A DNA stretch of 64,000 bases, from positions 896,001 to 960,000 of the forward strand of contig JAXHNL010000002.1 of NCBI GenBank assembly GCA_034520565.1. The letters run 5' to 3'. Both the position numbers and the translations under genes were made by a program. The stretch comes from Halodesulfurarchaeum sp. Lineage in GTDB: Archaea > Halobacteriota > Halobacteria > Halobacteriales > Halobacteriaceae. Shown here in pieces: positions 1 through 8,780 of this stretch. The notes beneath the pieces were generated by a model. It did not search any database and was not told the origin of the DNA. It worked only from the letters and a program-made list of their open reading frames with translations. How positions within the stretch are numbered: position 1 is the first letter of the stretch; every line of letters begins with the position of its first letter.

Positions 1-698
1 TGCCCGCCGTAGACGACGCTGTCGTTGACCCGGCCCATCGCGGTTTCCTCGGTGGCCGGAACCGGCGGAATCGGTGCGGAGCCGCTGGCGGTCAGGACGT
101 CCCCGGGATTGTAGCCGAGTTCGAACAGCCGGAACACGGCCAGTTCGGCGACCCGGCCGGCCCCGCTGACGCTGCCCGCGACGCTCCCGGTTCGGTAGGT
201 GGGGAGATAGACGGTCTCGGGAGCGACGCCACACCGGTCGGCGACGTGGGCCGCGACCGACGCGGTGGGCAGGACGTCAGATTCGACGGCCAGCACGGCA
301 AGATCGAAGGCGTCGGCGTAGTCGAGTGTCTGGAATTCGGTCTCTTCGGCCACGAGCGCCCTGGCCGGGCCGCTTCCCAGTCCCTCGAATCCCTCCTGGC
401 TCAGCTCCCAGCCGGACTTCTGGGAGCCAAGGAGGGCAAGACCCGGTTGGTCGGTCGTCACTTCGACGTGGGGGAACGGGGACCCGGCGACGGTGTCCAT
501 GCGGGTCTGGACGGTGGCGAGTCCGGCCGTCTGCAGTTCGGTGAGCAGGAGACCGGCCTCGATACCGCCGTGGCTTTCGACGCCGAAGTCGATCACGGTG
601 GCGCCGTTCTCGAGCTGATGGGGAAAGACGCCCAGTTCGTCGGCGAACTCGAGGGCCTCGTCGGCCAACTCGATCGCCATTCGATTGAGACTCTCCAT
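1..698 (-). CDS. mch: Methenyltetrahydromethanopterin cyclohydrolase family protein (3' end outside window)
   Basis: Not in the ORF track. Manual translation from ATG 698: MESLNRMAIELADEALEFADELG...ATVIDFGV...GGIEAG...LLGSQKSGW...GLGSGPARAL...AMGRVNDSVVYGG, which matches Mch family motifs. Confidence 0.9.
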   Translation of the reverse strand, partial: MESLNRMAIELADEALEFADELGVFPHQLENGATVIDFGVESHGGIEAGLLLTELQTAGLATVQTRMDTVAGSPFPHVEVTTDQPGLALLGSQKSGWELSQEGFEGLGSGPARALVAEETEFQTLDYADAFDLAVLAVESDVLPTASVAAHVADRCGVAPETVYLPTYRTGSVAGSVSGAGRVAELAVFRLFELGYNPGDVLTASGSAPIPPVPATEETAMGRVNDSVVYGG

Positions 699-875
699 GG
701 GCCGGACTTCTCGGCCTTCGGCTAAAGGACTTTGCGTGGAGCGGGAGAAAACGGGTTCCACCCGTCCGCCGATACCGGGGTTCCACCCGCCCGACGACGC
801 GGTGGCGCCACTCGGCCGTTCCCAAAAAATCGGGTTCGGGGATACAGCTTTCAGGTGCGGGTGCCTAGCACAACC

Positions 876-1139
876 ATGGACATGTCTGTCGAGGAAAAAC
901 TGGCCCAACTGGAGTCGCTCGTCGACCGGCTCTCTGAGGACCAGGATGTCGCGGAGGATGAACTCAGAGACATCGCTTCCCACCTCGAGACGGGCACGAA
1001 GTACACCTGTGCGAGCTGTGCGATGTACTGCACCGGGGAGAACATCATGGTCATCTACGACACCGAGAACGACGAGTTCATCCAGATCGAGGCCCCGATG
1101 GACGAGTCGAAGCCGGTTTCGGTCACCCGGGTCAGCTGA
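876..1139 (+). CDS. Small acidic hypothetical protein with CxxCxxxC motif
   Basis: ATG 876, 87 aa, Asp/Glu-rich halophilic composition, TCASCAMYC motif. Confidence 0.7.
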   Translation: MDMSVEEKLAQLESLVDRLSEDQDVAEDELRDIASHLETGTKYTCASCAMYCTGENIMVIYDTENDEFIQIEAPMDESKPVSVTRVS

Positions 1140-1188
1140 ACCGACGCCGAAGAGGTGCCTTCTTGTCCGGCTCGGTCCCAGGGCCTGT

Positions 1189-2106
1189 ATGGTCCTCGGC
1201 CCCGACGCCACGGTCTACCTTCTCGCCCTCGTTCCAGCTTTCATCTGGGGCTTTACGCCCGTCCTCGACAAGCGGGGCATGTCCCTCGACGGGACCGCCC
1301 TGCAGGCATCGCTCGTGGTGGTCCTCGTCGACCTTTCGCTTTTCACCGCCGCCCTGCTCATTACCCGAGGCCCGGACCTCCTCGTCGGGCTCGACCCGGC
1401 CGTGGCTGGCCTCTTCCTCTTCGCCGGGATGACGGGGACGGCTCTGGGTCGGTTGGCGATTTTCGTCGGCGTCGACCGGGTCGGTGCCAGTATCAACAGC
1501 GCCGTCGTGAGTGCCCGGCCCCTGTTCGCGACGGTCTTTGCCTTCGGCCTGCTCGGCGAACCCGTCTCGCTCGACACGGGGTTCGGGATCGTCGTGCTCG
1601 TCGCGGGGCTGGTCGTCCTCAGTCTTGCAAAGGGCGGGGACCTCGGCGGCTGGGAGACCCGCGACCTCATCTACCCGATCGGCTCGGGGACGCTGTTTGC
1701 CTTCGGCAACGTCCTCCGGCGGTTCGGGCTCGGGACCGGCGGGGCGGACGTGCTGCAGGCCGTCGCGCTCAACGAGGCTGGAGCCCTGCTCGTCTTCGTG
1801 ACCTACGCTGCCCTCCGCGGGACCGCCGGCTTTCGGTCCGCCGACCGGCGGTCCTACGCCTATTTCGCCTCGAGTGGCGGCCTTACCGCGATCGCCCTGC
1901 TCTCGATGTTCGGCGCGCTCGCGCTGCCGGCGGGTCGGGTGGCCATCGTCGAGTCGCTGGCCTCGACGGCTCCGCTTTTCACGACCCTGTTCGCGTATTT
2001 CCTGCTCCGGGACCTCGAGCGGGTGACGCCCGGAATCGTGCTCGGCGCGGTGCTGGTGGTCATCGGCGTGGTGTTCGTGACGCTGGAGCCGGGACTGGTT
2101 GGGTGA
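1189..2106 (+). CDS. EamA/DMT family transporter
   Basis: About 10 hydrophobic segments in two repeats, with ARPLFATVFA..LLGE and TAPLFTTLFAYFLL..LERVT motifs. Confidence 0.85.
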   Translation: MVLGPDATVYLLALVPAFIWGFTPVLDKRGMSLDGTALQASLVVVLVDLSLFTAALLITRGPDLLVGLDPAVAGLFLFAGMTGTALGRLAIFVGVDRVGASINSAVVSARPLFATVFAFGLLGEPVSLDTGFGIVVLVAGLVVLSLAKGGDLGGWETRDLIYPIGSGTLFAFGNVLRRFGLGTGGADVLQAVALNEAGALLVFVTYAALRGTAGFRSADRRSYAYFASSGGLTAIALLSMFGALALPAGRVAIVESLASTAPLFTTLFAYFLLRDLERVTPGIVLGAVLVVIGVVFVTLEPGLVG

Positions 2107-2650
2107 GGTCGGGAGAGTTGAGGAAATCGTGTCAGATCGGGGGTGTTGCTGGTTCTCGAACGGATCGATTCACGTGGTTTGCACTTGACGGGACGGTTGT
2201 GGAAGCGGGCCGAGGAGTTGATCGAGTGGGCTGGGGAACTTTCGGGGAATACCCATTCTCGCTTTATGGAACGATCAATGGGAACTCCCTGTTCTCTCTC
2301 CAAAATGGTGTGCAAGACTTAGAGCATACGTTCAGCAGTAGTTGTCGGCTAATGGCAACTGGGAATGGTCACTTCCCTGTTGGCGGTTCTGCCACCAACA
2401 CATTCACCCGAAAGTCAATACCCCAATTCAAACCTCCTTTCGTTCCGATCAACAGACGTCCGAGTAGGAAGCGGATCCGGTCCCATTCAAGCTGTCAAAT
2501 CCGATTTTGTTCTCCCAGAAAATCCGGCCATTCTGGTCATCTGGAGTCCCTTGACCGTTATCGGCAATTCGTATCAGTGTGGTTTCGTCGGTCCACGGCG
2601 TTCTCCCGCAAAAACACATTTGGTGTTGGCCCTGAAAACCCCGAAAGTAG

Positions 2651-5350
2651 ATGACAGCTGTCCCGATGACTGCCCAGGGGGCGAGAGACCAACTGTATGA
2701 AATCATCCGGAAAGAGTGTTCCTTCGAACAGAAGGCCCGGGAAGCACTCGATCTGGGACAGCGGTATCTCGATGCGGATAATGGACATCTCACACGAATC
2801 GATAGGGAAACCGATCACTGGGAGGTGCTCGTGAGTACCGATCCGGATGATGGGCGGTTCAAACCAGGTCTGGAACTCGATCTCGGGACGACTTACTGCC
2901 GTCATGTGATCGACGACAACGAACAGATAGCGCTTCACGACGCACCGAACCAGGGATGGGCCGAGGACCCTGCGTTCCAAACCCACGGTGTCCACTGCTA
3001 TATCGGGACGCCGTTGAACGTGGATGGGGAACCCTTCGGGACGGTGTGTTTCGTCTCCGAGGACCCACGCGAGCAGTTCAGCGACGATGAATTGATGTTC
3101 GCCGAACTTATCGCGAAATTGCTCGAACGCGAACTCGAACGGGAGCAGATCGAATCCGAACTCCTCCGGCAGACAAACCTCGCTATCGTCCTCAATCGAA
3201 TCCTTCGACACAATCTCCGTAATGATCTGGCTGTGATTCGGGGATTTACGCAGATGATGGTAGAGGAATTAGACGACCCCTCGTATGGCGAGACTGCAAT
3301 CGAGAACATCGACGACCTCATCGAACTCGCTGAAAAAGCCCGTCATTTGGACCGAAGTGTGGCCACTGACTACGAACGTCAACGTCTCTCGATTCCGAAC
3401 CTCGTCGAAGACATCGTCCGATCCGTCTCGTTAGCCTATCCCGACGCCACGTATTCTGTCGAATACGAGGAACCCGTTAAAGCGGCTGTCCAGCCAAACT
3501 TCGAACAGTCACTAACGGAGCTGATCGAAAACGCCGCCAAGCACGGGGGGAAGGCGCCGACTGTCACTGTGTCAGTCGAACTGGTGCCAAATGGCTTTCA
3601 GGTTCGAATTTCCGATGATGGCCCTGGGCTGGCCGATCACGAAGTTGACGTGCTCCAAACCGGATCCGAGACCCCGTTAACCCACGGGAGCGGGCTGGGA
3701 CTGTGGCTCGCTCACTGGATCGTAAGCAGTCATGACGGTTCTATCGAAGCCTCGATCACTGATGAAGGAACGACGATGACGGTTTCCGTCCCGAGAACTC
3801 CCACGTCGGGTGTTCAACAGCAACTGAGTAAACTTCGAAGGGCCCACGATCAGTATCAGGCGGCGTTCGTCGAGGCCAACGACGCGATGATCATTCTCAA
3901 TGATGATGCTCGAATCATCGATGCCAATCCCGAGGCGAGTACGATTTACGGGATGGAGGAAACGACGTTGCTCGGCCAACCATTGACCCGATTTTTTCCG
4001 GCCGACTTCGATTTCGAAAGCGCGTGGCAGGAGTTCAAAGTTGGCGAGCAGGCTCGTGACACAGTGACGATCATTGGTGCCGATGGGGTTGAACGTCAGG
4101 TGGAATATTCGGCGACAACTGATGTCGTCCCTGGTCAGCATCTGGTTGTGAGCCGTGATGTGACCAAACAACGAGAACGACAACAGGAATTACGGAGGAC
4201 GAAACAGCGGTTAGACCTCGCTCTCGAAGGAACTGACACAGGGGTGTGGGATTGGAATATGGAAACGGACGAAATCATCTGGGATGAAACGATGGAGCGC
4301 TTGTTCGGTCTCGAACCCGGTACGTTCGAAGGGACGTTCGACGCGTTCGTTGAGCGCATTCACCCGGACGACCGAGGAATGGTTGAAAACGCTATTGAAG
4401 GTGCCATTGAGCAAGGAAAGAGATACGAAGCCGAGTACCGGGTGCAGCGTGACGACGGCAAGGATATTTGGGGGCTTGCCAGAGGAGAAATGGTCTCCGA
4501 TGCGGCTTCGAAACGAATGGTCGGAATCGTCACCGACATCACCGAACACAAAGACCGCGAACGTGAGTTAGAAACGCTGAAAAACCGATACGAAGCTCTC
4601 CTTGACGCCGCGCCGGACCCGATTTTCGTGGCAGACGCAGAAAACGGGAAAATCACTCAAGTCAACCAAGCCGCTGAGACGTTGCTCGGAGAACCTCAAG
4701 AGGACATAATTGGCCGGCATCAATCCGATCTTCATCCGTCAGACCAGTCCGAGCAGTATCGCCAGCTATTCGAGGAGCAAGTCGAATCAGGAGGTGCTAG
4801 AAGAGAACTCCCGGATGGGTCACCCATTCTTTTGAAGACAAAAGACGGAAAGCAAATCCCAGTCGAAATCAATGCTAGTTCGGTCTCACTTCCCAACAGA
4901 ACAGTCATATTCGGTATTTTCCGCGACATCTCACGACGGGTCGAACGCGAAGCGGAACTAAAGACCCTGAAACGAGCGATGGATAAGGCACCGGTTGGAA
5001 TCACACTTACCGATCCTGGCAAGGATGACAATCCGATCGTTTATACAAACGAACAATTTCGTGCGTTGACTGGGTATGTCGAAGAGGGAATCATCGGCCG
5101 TAATTGCCGGTTCTTGCAGGGTGAGGAGACGGATCCCGAAACAGTGACCGGACTACGGGAGGCGATTGAAGCCCAGGAGCCGGTAACAGTGGTGATTCGA
5201 AACTACCGAAAAGACGGAACCAAGTTCTGGAACCGGCTCACCGTTGCACCGATTGCGGATGAATCAGGCGAGCTCATTCGCTATGTTGGTTTCCAAGAGG
5301 ATGTCACCGATCTACTCGACGGAAGAGAATACCTTAAAGAGACGAATTGA
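2651..5350 (+). CDS. GAF-histidine kinase-PAS-PAS-PAS-LOV sensor protein
   Basis: GAF (TYCRHV, YIGTPL); H-box LRHNLRNDL; N box ELIENAAKH; G1 DDGPG; G2 GSGLGLW; three PAS/PAC domains; C-terminal LOV signature GRNCRFLQG and NYRKDGTKFWN. Confidence 0.88.
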   Translation: MTAVPMTAQGARDQLYEIIRKECSFEQKAREALDLGQRYLDADNGHLTRIDRETDHWEVLVSTDPDDGRFKPGLELDLGTTYCRHVIDDNEQIALHDAPNQGWAEDPAFQTHGVHCYIGTPLNVDGEPFGTVCFVSEDPREQFSDDELMFAELIAKLLERELEREQIESELLRQTNLAIVLNRILRHNLRNDLAVIRGFTQMMVEELDDPSYGETAIENIDDLIELAEKARHLDRSVATDYERQRLSIPNLVEDIVRSVSLAYPDATYSVEYEEPVKAAVQPNFEQSLTELIENAAKHGGKAPTVTVSVELVPNGFQVRISDDGPGLADHEVDVLQTGSETPLTHGSGLGLWLAHWIVSSHDGSIEASITDEGTTMTVSVPRTPTSGVQQQLSKLRRAHDQYQAAFVEANDAMIILNDDARIIDANPEASTIYGMEETTLLGQPLTRFFPADFDFESAWQEFKVGEQARDTVTIIGADGVERQVEYSATTDVVPGQHLVVSRDVTKQRERQQELRRTKQRLDLALEGTDTGVWDWNMETDEIIWDETMERLFGLEPGTFEGTFDAFVERIHPDDRGMVENAIEGAIEQGKRYEAEYRVQRDDGKDIWGLARGEMVSDAASKRMVGIVTDITEHKDRERELETLKNRYEALLDAAPDPIFVADAENGKITQVNQAAETLLGEPQEDIIGRHQSDLHPSDQSEQYRQLFEEQVESGGARRELPDGSPILLKTKDGKQIPVEINASSVSLPNRTVIFGIFRDISRRVEREAELKTLKRAMDKAPVGITLTDPGKDDNPIVYTNEQFRALTGYVEEGIIGRNCRFLQGEETDPETVTGLREAIEAQEPVTVVIRNYRKDGTKFWNRLTVAPIADESGELIRYVGFQEDVTDLLDGREYLKETN

Positions 5351-5373
5351 CGGCAGACTCTCTATTTACAAGA

Positions 5374-5395
5374 TACGCGCGCTCTATTCAACACG
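5374..5395 (+). repeat. Copy 1 of a 22-bp quasi-palindromic repeat flanking the VOC gene
   Basis: TACGCGCGCTCTATTCAACACG, 18/22 identical to 6180-6201. Confidence 0.55.
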
Positions 5396-5561
5396 CTCCG
5401 TGAGATCTAATCAGAGTCTGTCAGAAACCGGTTGCTGCATTCAGAGACGGTATCTATCAAGGGACGTTTCCGTTGAGTTCACTGATAGATGTAGTCACAC
5501 TTTGGACTGACCGAGAGTTTTTTCCGGCATTCTTGTGACAAGCCGGGGTGTGGATCAGACC

Positions 5562-6005
5562 ATGACAGAAAATGGCATAATAACGGGAGTAGACCACGTA
5601 GAACTCTACGTTACTGACTGGGACGACGCAGCAAGCTGGTACGAGCACGTATTGGGGGTTACGCCAGATACCTCATTCGAAGAGTGGTGGGAGACTGAAT
5701 CGGGACCATTGATGCTGTCCGTCGACGATACCACTAAATTGGCGCTGTTCGAACGAGAGTCGGCAAAGCGTGGAGAAGAGGTGAGCCCCCATCGAATCGC
5801 CTTCCAAACAGATGTCGATGGCTTCCTCTCGTTTATTGACCGGCTTGAGACACTCGATCTGACCGATCGTAACGGCGATGGGGTCACTCCCGAGGACGTG
5901 GTTGACCACGACCTCTCATACTCGCTGTACTTCACAGATCCTGACGGGAACTGGTTGGAACTGACAACGAACGACTACGATGCAGTGGCGACCCGTCTCA
6001 GGTGA
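5562..6005 (+). CDS. VOC (glyoxalase/bleomycin resistance) family protein
   Basis: GVDHVELYV, HRIAF and SLYFTDPDGNWLEL motifs. Confidence 0.88.
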   Translation: MTENGIITGVDHVELYVTDWDDAASWYEHVLGVTPDTSFEEWWETESGPLMLSVDDTTKLALFERESAKRGEEVSPHRIAFQTDVDGFLSFIDRLETLDLTDRNGDGVTPEDVVDHDLSYSLYFTDPDGNWLELTTNDYDAVATRLR

Positions 6006-6179
6006 TGCCGCCATGGAGACTCCGTATTGGCAAAACTGCTGGGTTCCGCTGCCGATTGATCCTACTGACGACTGACCATGATGAGTACGCTTCGGTAGCT
6101 GTGGCGTCCGGATTGGCAGGCTCCCTCGACCTCAAATAGGTTTTTTTTCGAAACTGACGGGAGAGTATGAACTGCTGTG

Positions 6180-6201
6180 TATGCGTGCTGTATTCAGCAC
6201 G
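6180..6201 (+). repeat. Copy 2 of the 22-bp repeat, containing the inverted repeat CGTGCTG-TATT-CAGCACG
   Basis: Perfect 7-bp arms around a 4-nt spacer at 6184-6201; direct repeat of 5374-5395. Confidence 0.55.
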
Positions 6202-6283
6202 AGATTTGACTAATGGATGTGATTTCACAATAGCAAACGTAGCATATTCACAGACAAAAATGTGACCGGCTGCAGGCTGTCAA

Positions 6284-6416
6284 CGCCGGCGGGGATTTGA
6301 ACCCGATGGCACATCTTCGCTTGCTCACGGTTCAACCGCTCGCATCCACGAGACGCTCGCTGCGCTCGCGTCTCGCACCGCTCGGATTTGCGTGGTTCAA
6401 CTCCTTCTTGCACGCA
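6284..6416. repeat. tRNA-Gly 3'-end-derived fold-back repeat, degenerate copy B
   Basis: CGCCGGCGGGGATTTGAACCC...CGCTCGGATTTGCGTGGTTCAA is homologous to 7965-8065, with an extra internal hairpin GAGACGC..GCGTCTC. Confidence 0.8.
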
Positions 6417-6479
6417 TTGACTGTGTGTTAGCGCCATTGAGGAGCGGACACTGGGTGGGGAACTCCCGGTCCAACGGGA

Positions 6480-7637
6480 TCAGATCCCGGCGTTGGAGAG
6501 AATTGCAAAGATGTCCACTGCCTTGTATTCACGATACCGCTGTTTCCCAGTCGTCTCCTCCAGGATGCCCTTTGCTTCGAGCGCTGCGATCGCGTCCCGA
6601 GCCGTTTGATCGGACACATCGAGGAGTTCGACGACCGTTTTCGTATCGACGTATGGTTTTTGGAACAATCGCATGGCCAACCGGTCAGCGGCGGTTTTCT
6701 CGTGACCGTGCTCCCCCTCGTACTCCCGACGGAGGGCTCTCAATTCGCCGGTTCGTTCGAATGCCTGTTCTGCCTGCTCCGCGATTCCCCGAATGAAGAA
6801 CTCCAGCCACGGCTTCCACGCTCCCTCCTCGCTGACGGCCCGCATCCGACGAACGTACTCGACTTTATGCTTGTTGAAGTACGCACTCGGGTAGAGAAGC
6901 GGTTTGGTGAGATATTCGTTTTGGATCAGTTGCAGGGTAATGAGGATTCGACCCAACCGGCCGTTTCCATCTCCATAGGGGTGAATCGTCTCGATTTGGT
7001 AATGGACGATTCCACAGTTGACGAGATTGTGGTATTCGTTTCCCGTGTGAATATAGCGCTCCAGATTTTCCATCAGGCGGGGAACGTCCCGTGCAGGCGG
7101 CGGGATGAACCGCTCTTCAGCTGGAGACGGCGGTGGAATGTGTATCGGACCACGACGAAACTCGCCAACCTGTCTCGCTTCATCCCGTGCACCCTCTAAG
7201 AGTGTCTCGTGAAGACGGTGAAGGAGGGGGATCGTGATTTCACCAGTTCGTTGGACTTCTTCTGCGCCCGCTTGAATGGCCGTTTCATAATTGAGTGCCT
7301 CCTGGACGTCTTTCGCTGTCGTCTGTGTCGCGTCGATTTGGCTGGGCCTGAACAGCTCCTCGATGTCGATATCAGCCCCCTCGATGAGCACGGATTCCAC
7401 CGCCTCGCGACGGACCATCGTCGTATAGAGCAGCGGGCTGGTCGCTGCCTCTTCGCCGATCCCGCCCAATCGGCCCAGCTGGAAGATGGCATTTTCGAGT
7501 CCCTCTCGAATGTCCGGTGATACCTCGATCTCCTTTTTCGGGGGAAGTTCATCCGGTATATAATAGTTGCCCTCGCCAAAGTTGCGGTATTCCCCTGGCG
7601 CGATGTCCGGAAGAGACGTGCGTTCCATTTGGGTCAC
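6480..7637 (-). CDS. Fic family protein with N-terminal inhibitory helix and C-terminal HTH
   Basis: Fic motif HPYGDGNGRLGR, inhibitory SVLIEG, C-terminal wHTH-like VSDQTARDAIAALEAKGIL. The start may be ATG 7628. Confidence 0.92.
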   Translation of the reverse strand: MTQMERTSLPDIAPGEYRNFGEGNYYIPDELPPKKEIEVSPDIREGLENAIFQLGRLGGIGEEAATSPLLYTTMVRREAVESVLIEGADIDIEELFRPSQIDATQTTAKDVQEALNYETAIQAGAEEVQRTGEITIPLLHRLHETLLEGARDEARQVGEFRRGPIHIPPPSPAEERFIPPPARDVPRLMENLERYIHTGNEYHNLVNCGIVHYQIETIHPYGDGNGRLGRILITLQLIQNEYLTKPLLYPSAYFNKHKVEYVRRMRAVSEEGAWKPWLEFFIRGIAEQAEQAFERTGELRALRREYEGEHGHEKTAADRLAMRLFQKPYVDTKTVVELLDVSDQTARDAIAALEAKGILEETTGKQRYREYKAVDIFAILSNAGI

Positions 7638-7964
7638 TACCCGATTGGCAACTCTAACACAAAAATACTCGGGAATATTTTGTTAAAACCATCTCTAAAA
7701 CGGTAGGGATTTCAACGATGAATATGGGGGTACGGTTCTAATCAAAACGATCGGGGTTTGTTTTTCCCATCTCAGTGAGGTTGTGCTACGTTGGGTGGCA
7801 ACTCAATAAGGCAACTATTCTGCGGGAAATTTTGGTTAAATAAAGATAAAAGCACAAATAATTTGTACTTCGTTTTGGCCACCTATCCTCCTAACCAAAA
7901 TCGTCTTGGGCCCGTTCCGCAGCAGAACGATCGCGGGTCGCTCGACGGATTGGGTTGGTGAAAA

Positions 7965-8065
7965 TGCGCTGGCGGGGATTTGAACCCGATGGCAAATCTT
8001 CGCTTGCTCGCGGTTCCACCGCTCGCTGCGCTCGGATTTGCGTGGTTCAAATCCCCGCTAGCGCA
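7965..8065. repeat. tRNA-Gly 3'-end-derived fold-back repeat, copy A
   Basis: Left arm TGCGCTGGCGGGGATTTGAACCC is a direct copy of 8134-8156. Right arm GGTTCAAATCCCCGCTAGCGCA (8044-8065) is its inverted copy with one mismatch. Confidence 0.85.
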
Positions 8066-8133
8066 TCCATCAGCCGAATTCACGGCTCGCAACACAGCAA
8101 GCTGGTTGCTCGCCGGTAAACGTCTCGGAGAAA

Positions 8134-8204
8134 TGCGCTGGCGGGGATTTGAACCCCGGTTGTGACCATGGCAAGGTCACGTGATACCACTACACTACCA
8201 GCGC
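8134..8204 (-). tRNA. tRNA-Gly (GCC)
   Basis: GCGCTGGTAGTGTAGTGGTATCACGTGACCTTGCCATGGTCACAACCGGGGTTCAAATCCCCGCCAGCGCA folds as a cloverleaf, anticodon stem TGACC/GGTCA around GCC, T-loop GTTCAAATC, no encoded CCA. Confidence 0.96.
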
Positions 8205-8262
8205 TTGCCTTGCAATCCACACTCTGACACCCACGGGAAAAACCCTTTCGAAACCGCCGGGT

Positions 8263-8472
8263 TCACTCCGGGCCGCCCTCACGTCGCTCGATCTCCTGCT
8301 CTAACTCCCGCACCCGCTTCTCGAGATCGGCGAACCGCGACTCGTCCACCCGCCGCCGCCCGAACAGATCCCTGGCGAGCAGGAGCACCCCGATGACCGC
8401 GAGCAACGGCAACACGAAGAGCAACAGAATTACGCCGATCTCGATCCCGCCCGGAACGGCCAGTGGGAGCAT
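8263..8472 (-). CDS. Small single-pass membrane protein (TatA-like PGGxE N-terminus, short coiled-coil tail)
   Basis: MLPLAVPGGIEIGVILLLFVLPLL..., followed by an acidic helical tail. Confidence 0.7.
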   Translation of the reverse strand: MLPLAVPGGIEIGVILLLFVLPLLAVIGVLLLARDLFGRRRVDESRFADLEKRVRELEQEIERREGGPE

Positions 8473-8716
8473 GGCGGGACTCGGGACCGACTCCTCTTAA
8501 AGCCATTTGCGAGCCACGGAGCCCACGCGGCCCGCCGCACTGGTCTTGAGGCGCTGGGGCCGTTTGAATGCCGCTCCTGCTGACATATTCTCCACACGCA
8601 CACGGGTGACTTTGTATACTAGCGCACCCGATGGTCTCCGATGACCGTGACAAAACACCCCGAAACGCCCGAAATCGTACGTGAAACCGACTCACACTCC
8701 CGGAATGAAACGCCAC

Positions 8717-8725
8717 CCTTATATG
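8717..8725 (+). promoter_or_regulatory. Putative TATA box of the SPOUT-rpl3 operon
   Basis: CCTTATATG about 60 nt upstream of ATG 8781, in GC-rich context. Confidence 0.5.
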
Positions 8726-8780
8726 GGCGTGTTGAAAAGGAACGCCACAGTCTCATGGCGAGACGCGGACGCGGGCCGGC

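Larger units (their letters stand above)
2107..8133. mobile_element. Putative genomic islet at the tRNA-Gly 3' end (no integrase visible)
   Basis: Visibly lower GC and more A/T-ending codons than the flanks, accessory cargo, and copies of the tRNA 3' end at 6284 and 7965. The left boundary is approximate. Confidence 0.45.

Noticed and set aside
1-698. mch as evidence of methanogenesis
   Set aside because: Mch homologues are widespread in non-methanogenic haloarchaea.
7965-8065. Second or split tRNA gene
   Set aside because: Only T-arm and acceptor 3' fragments are present; there is no D-arm or anticodon arm and no evident bulge-helix-bulge partner.
8263-8472. Functional TatA
   Set aside because: It has a TatA-like N-terminus but lacks a clear FG-hinge plus amphipathic helix pattern, and no tatC is nearby.
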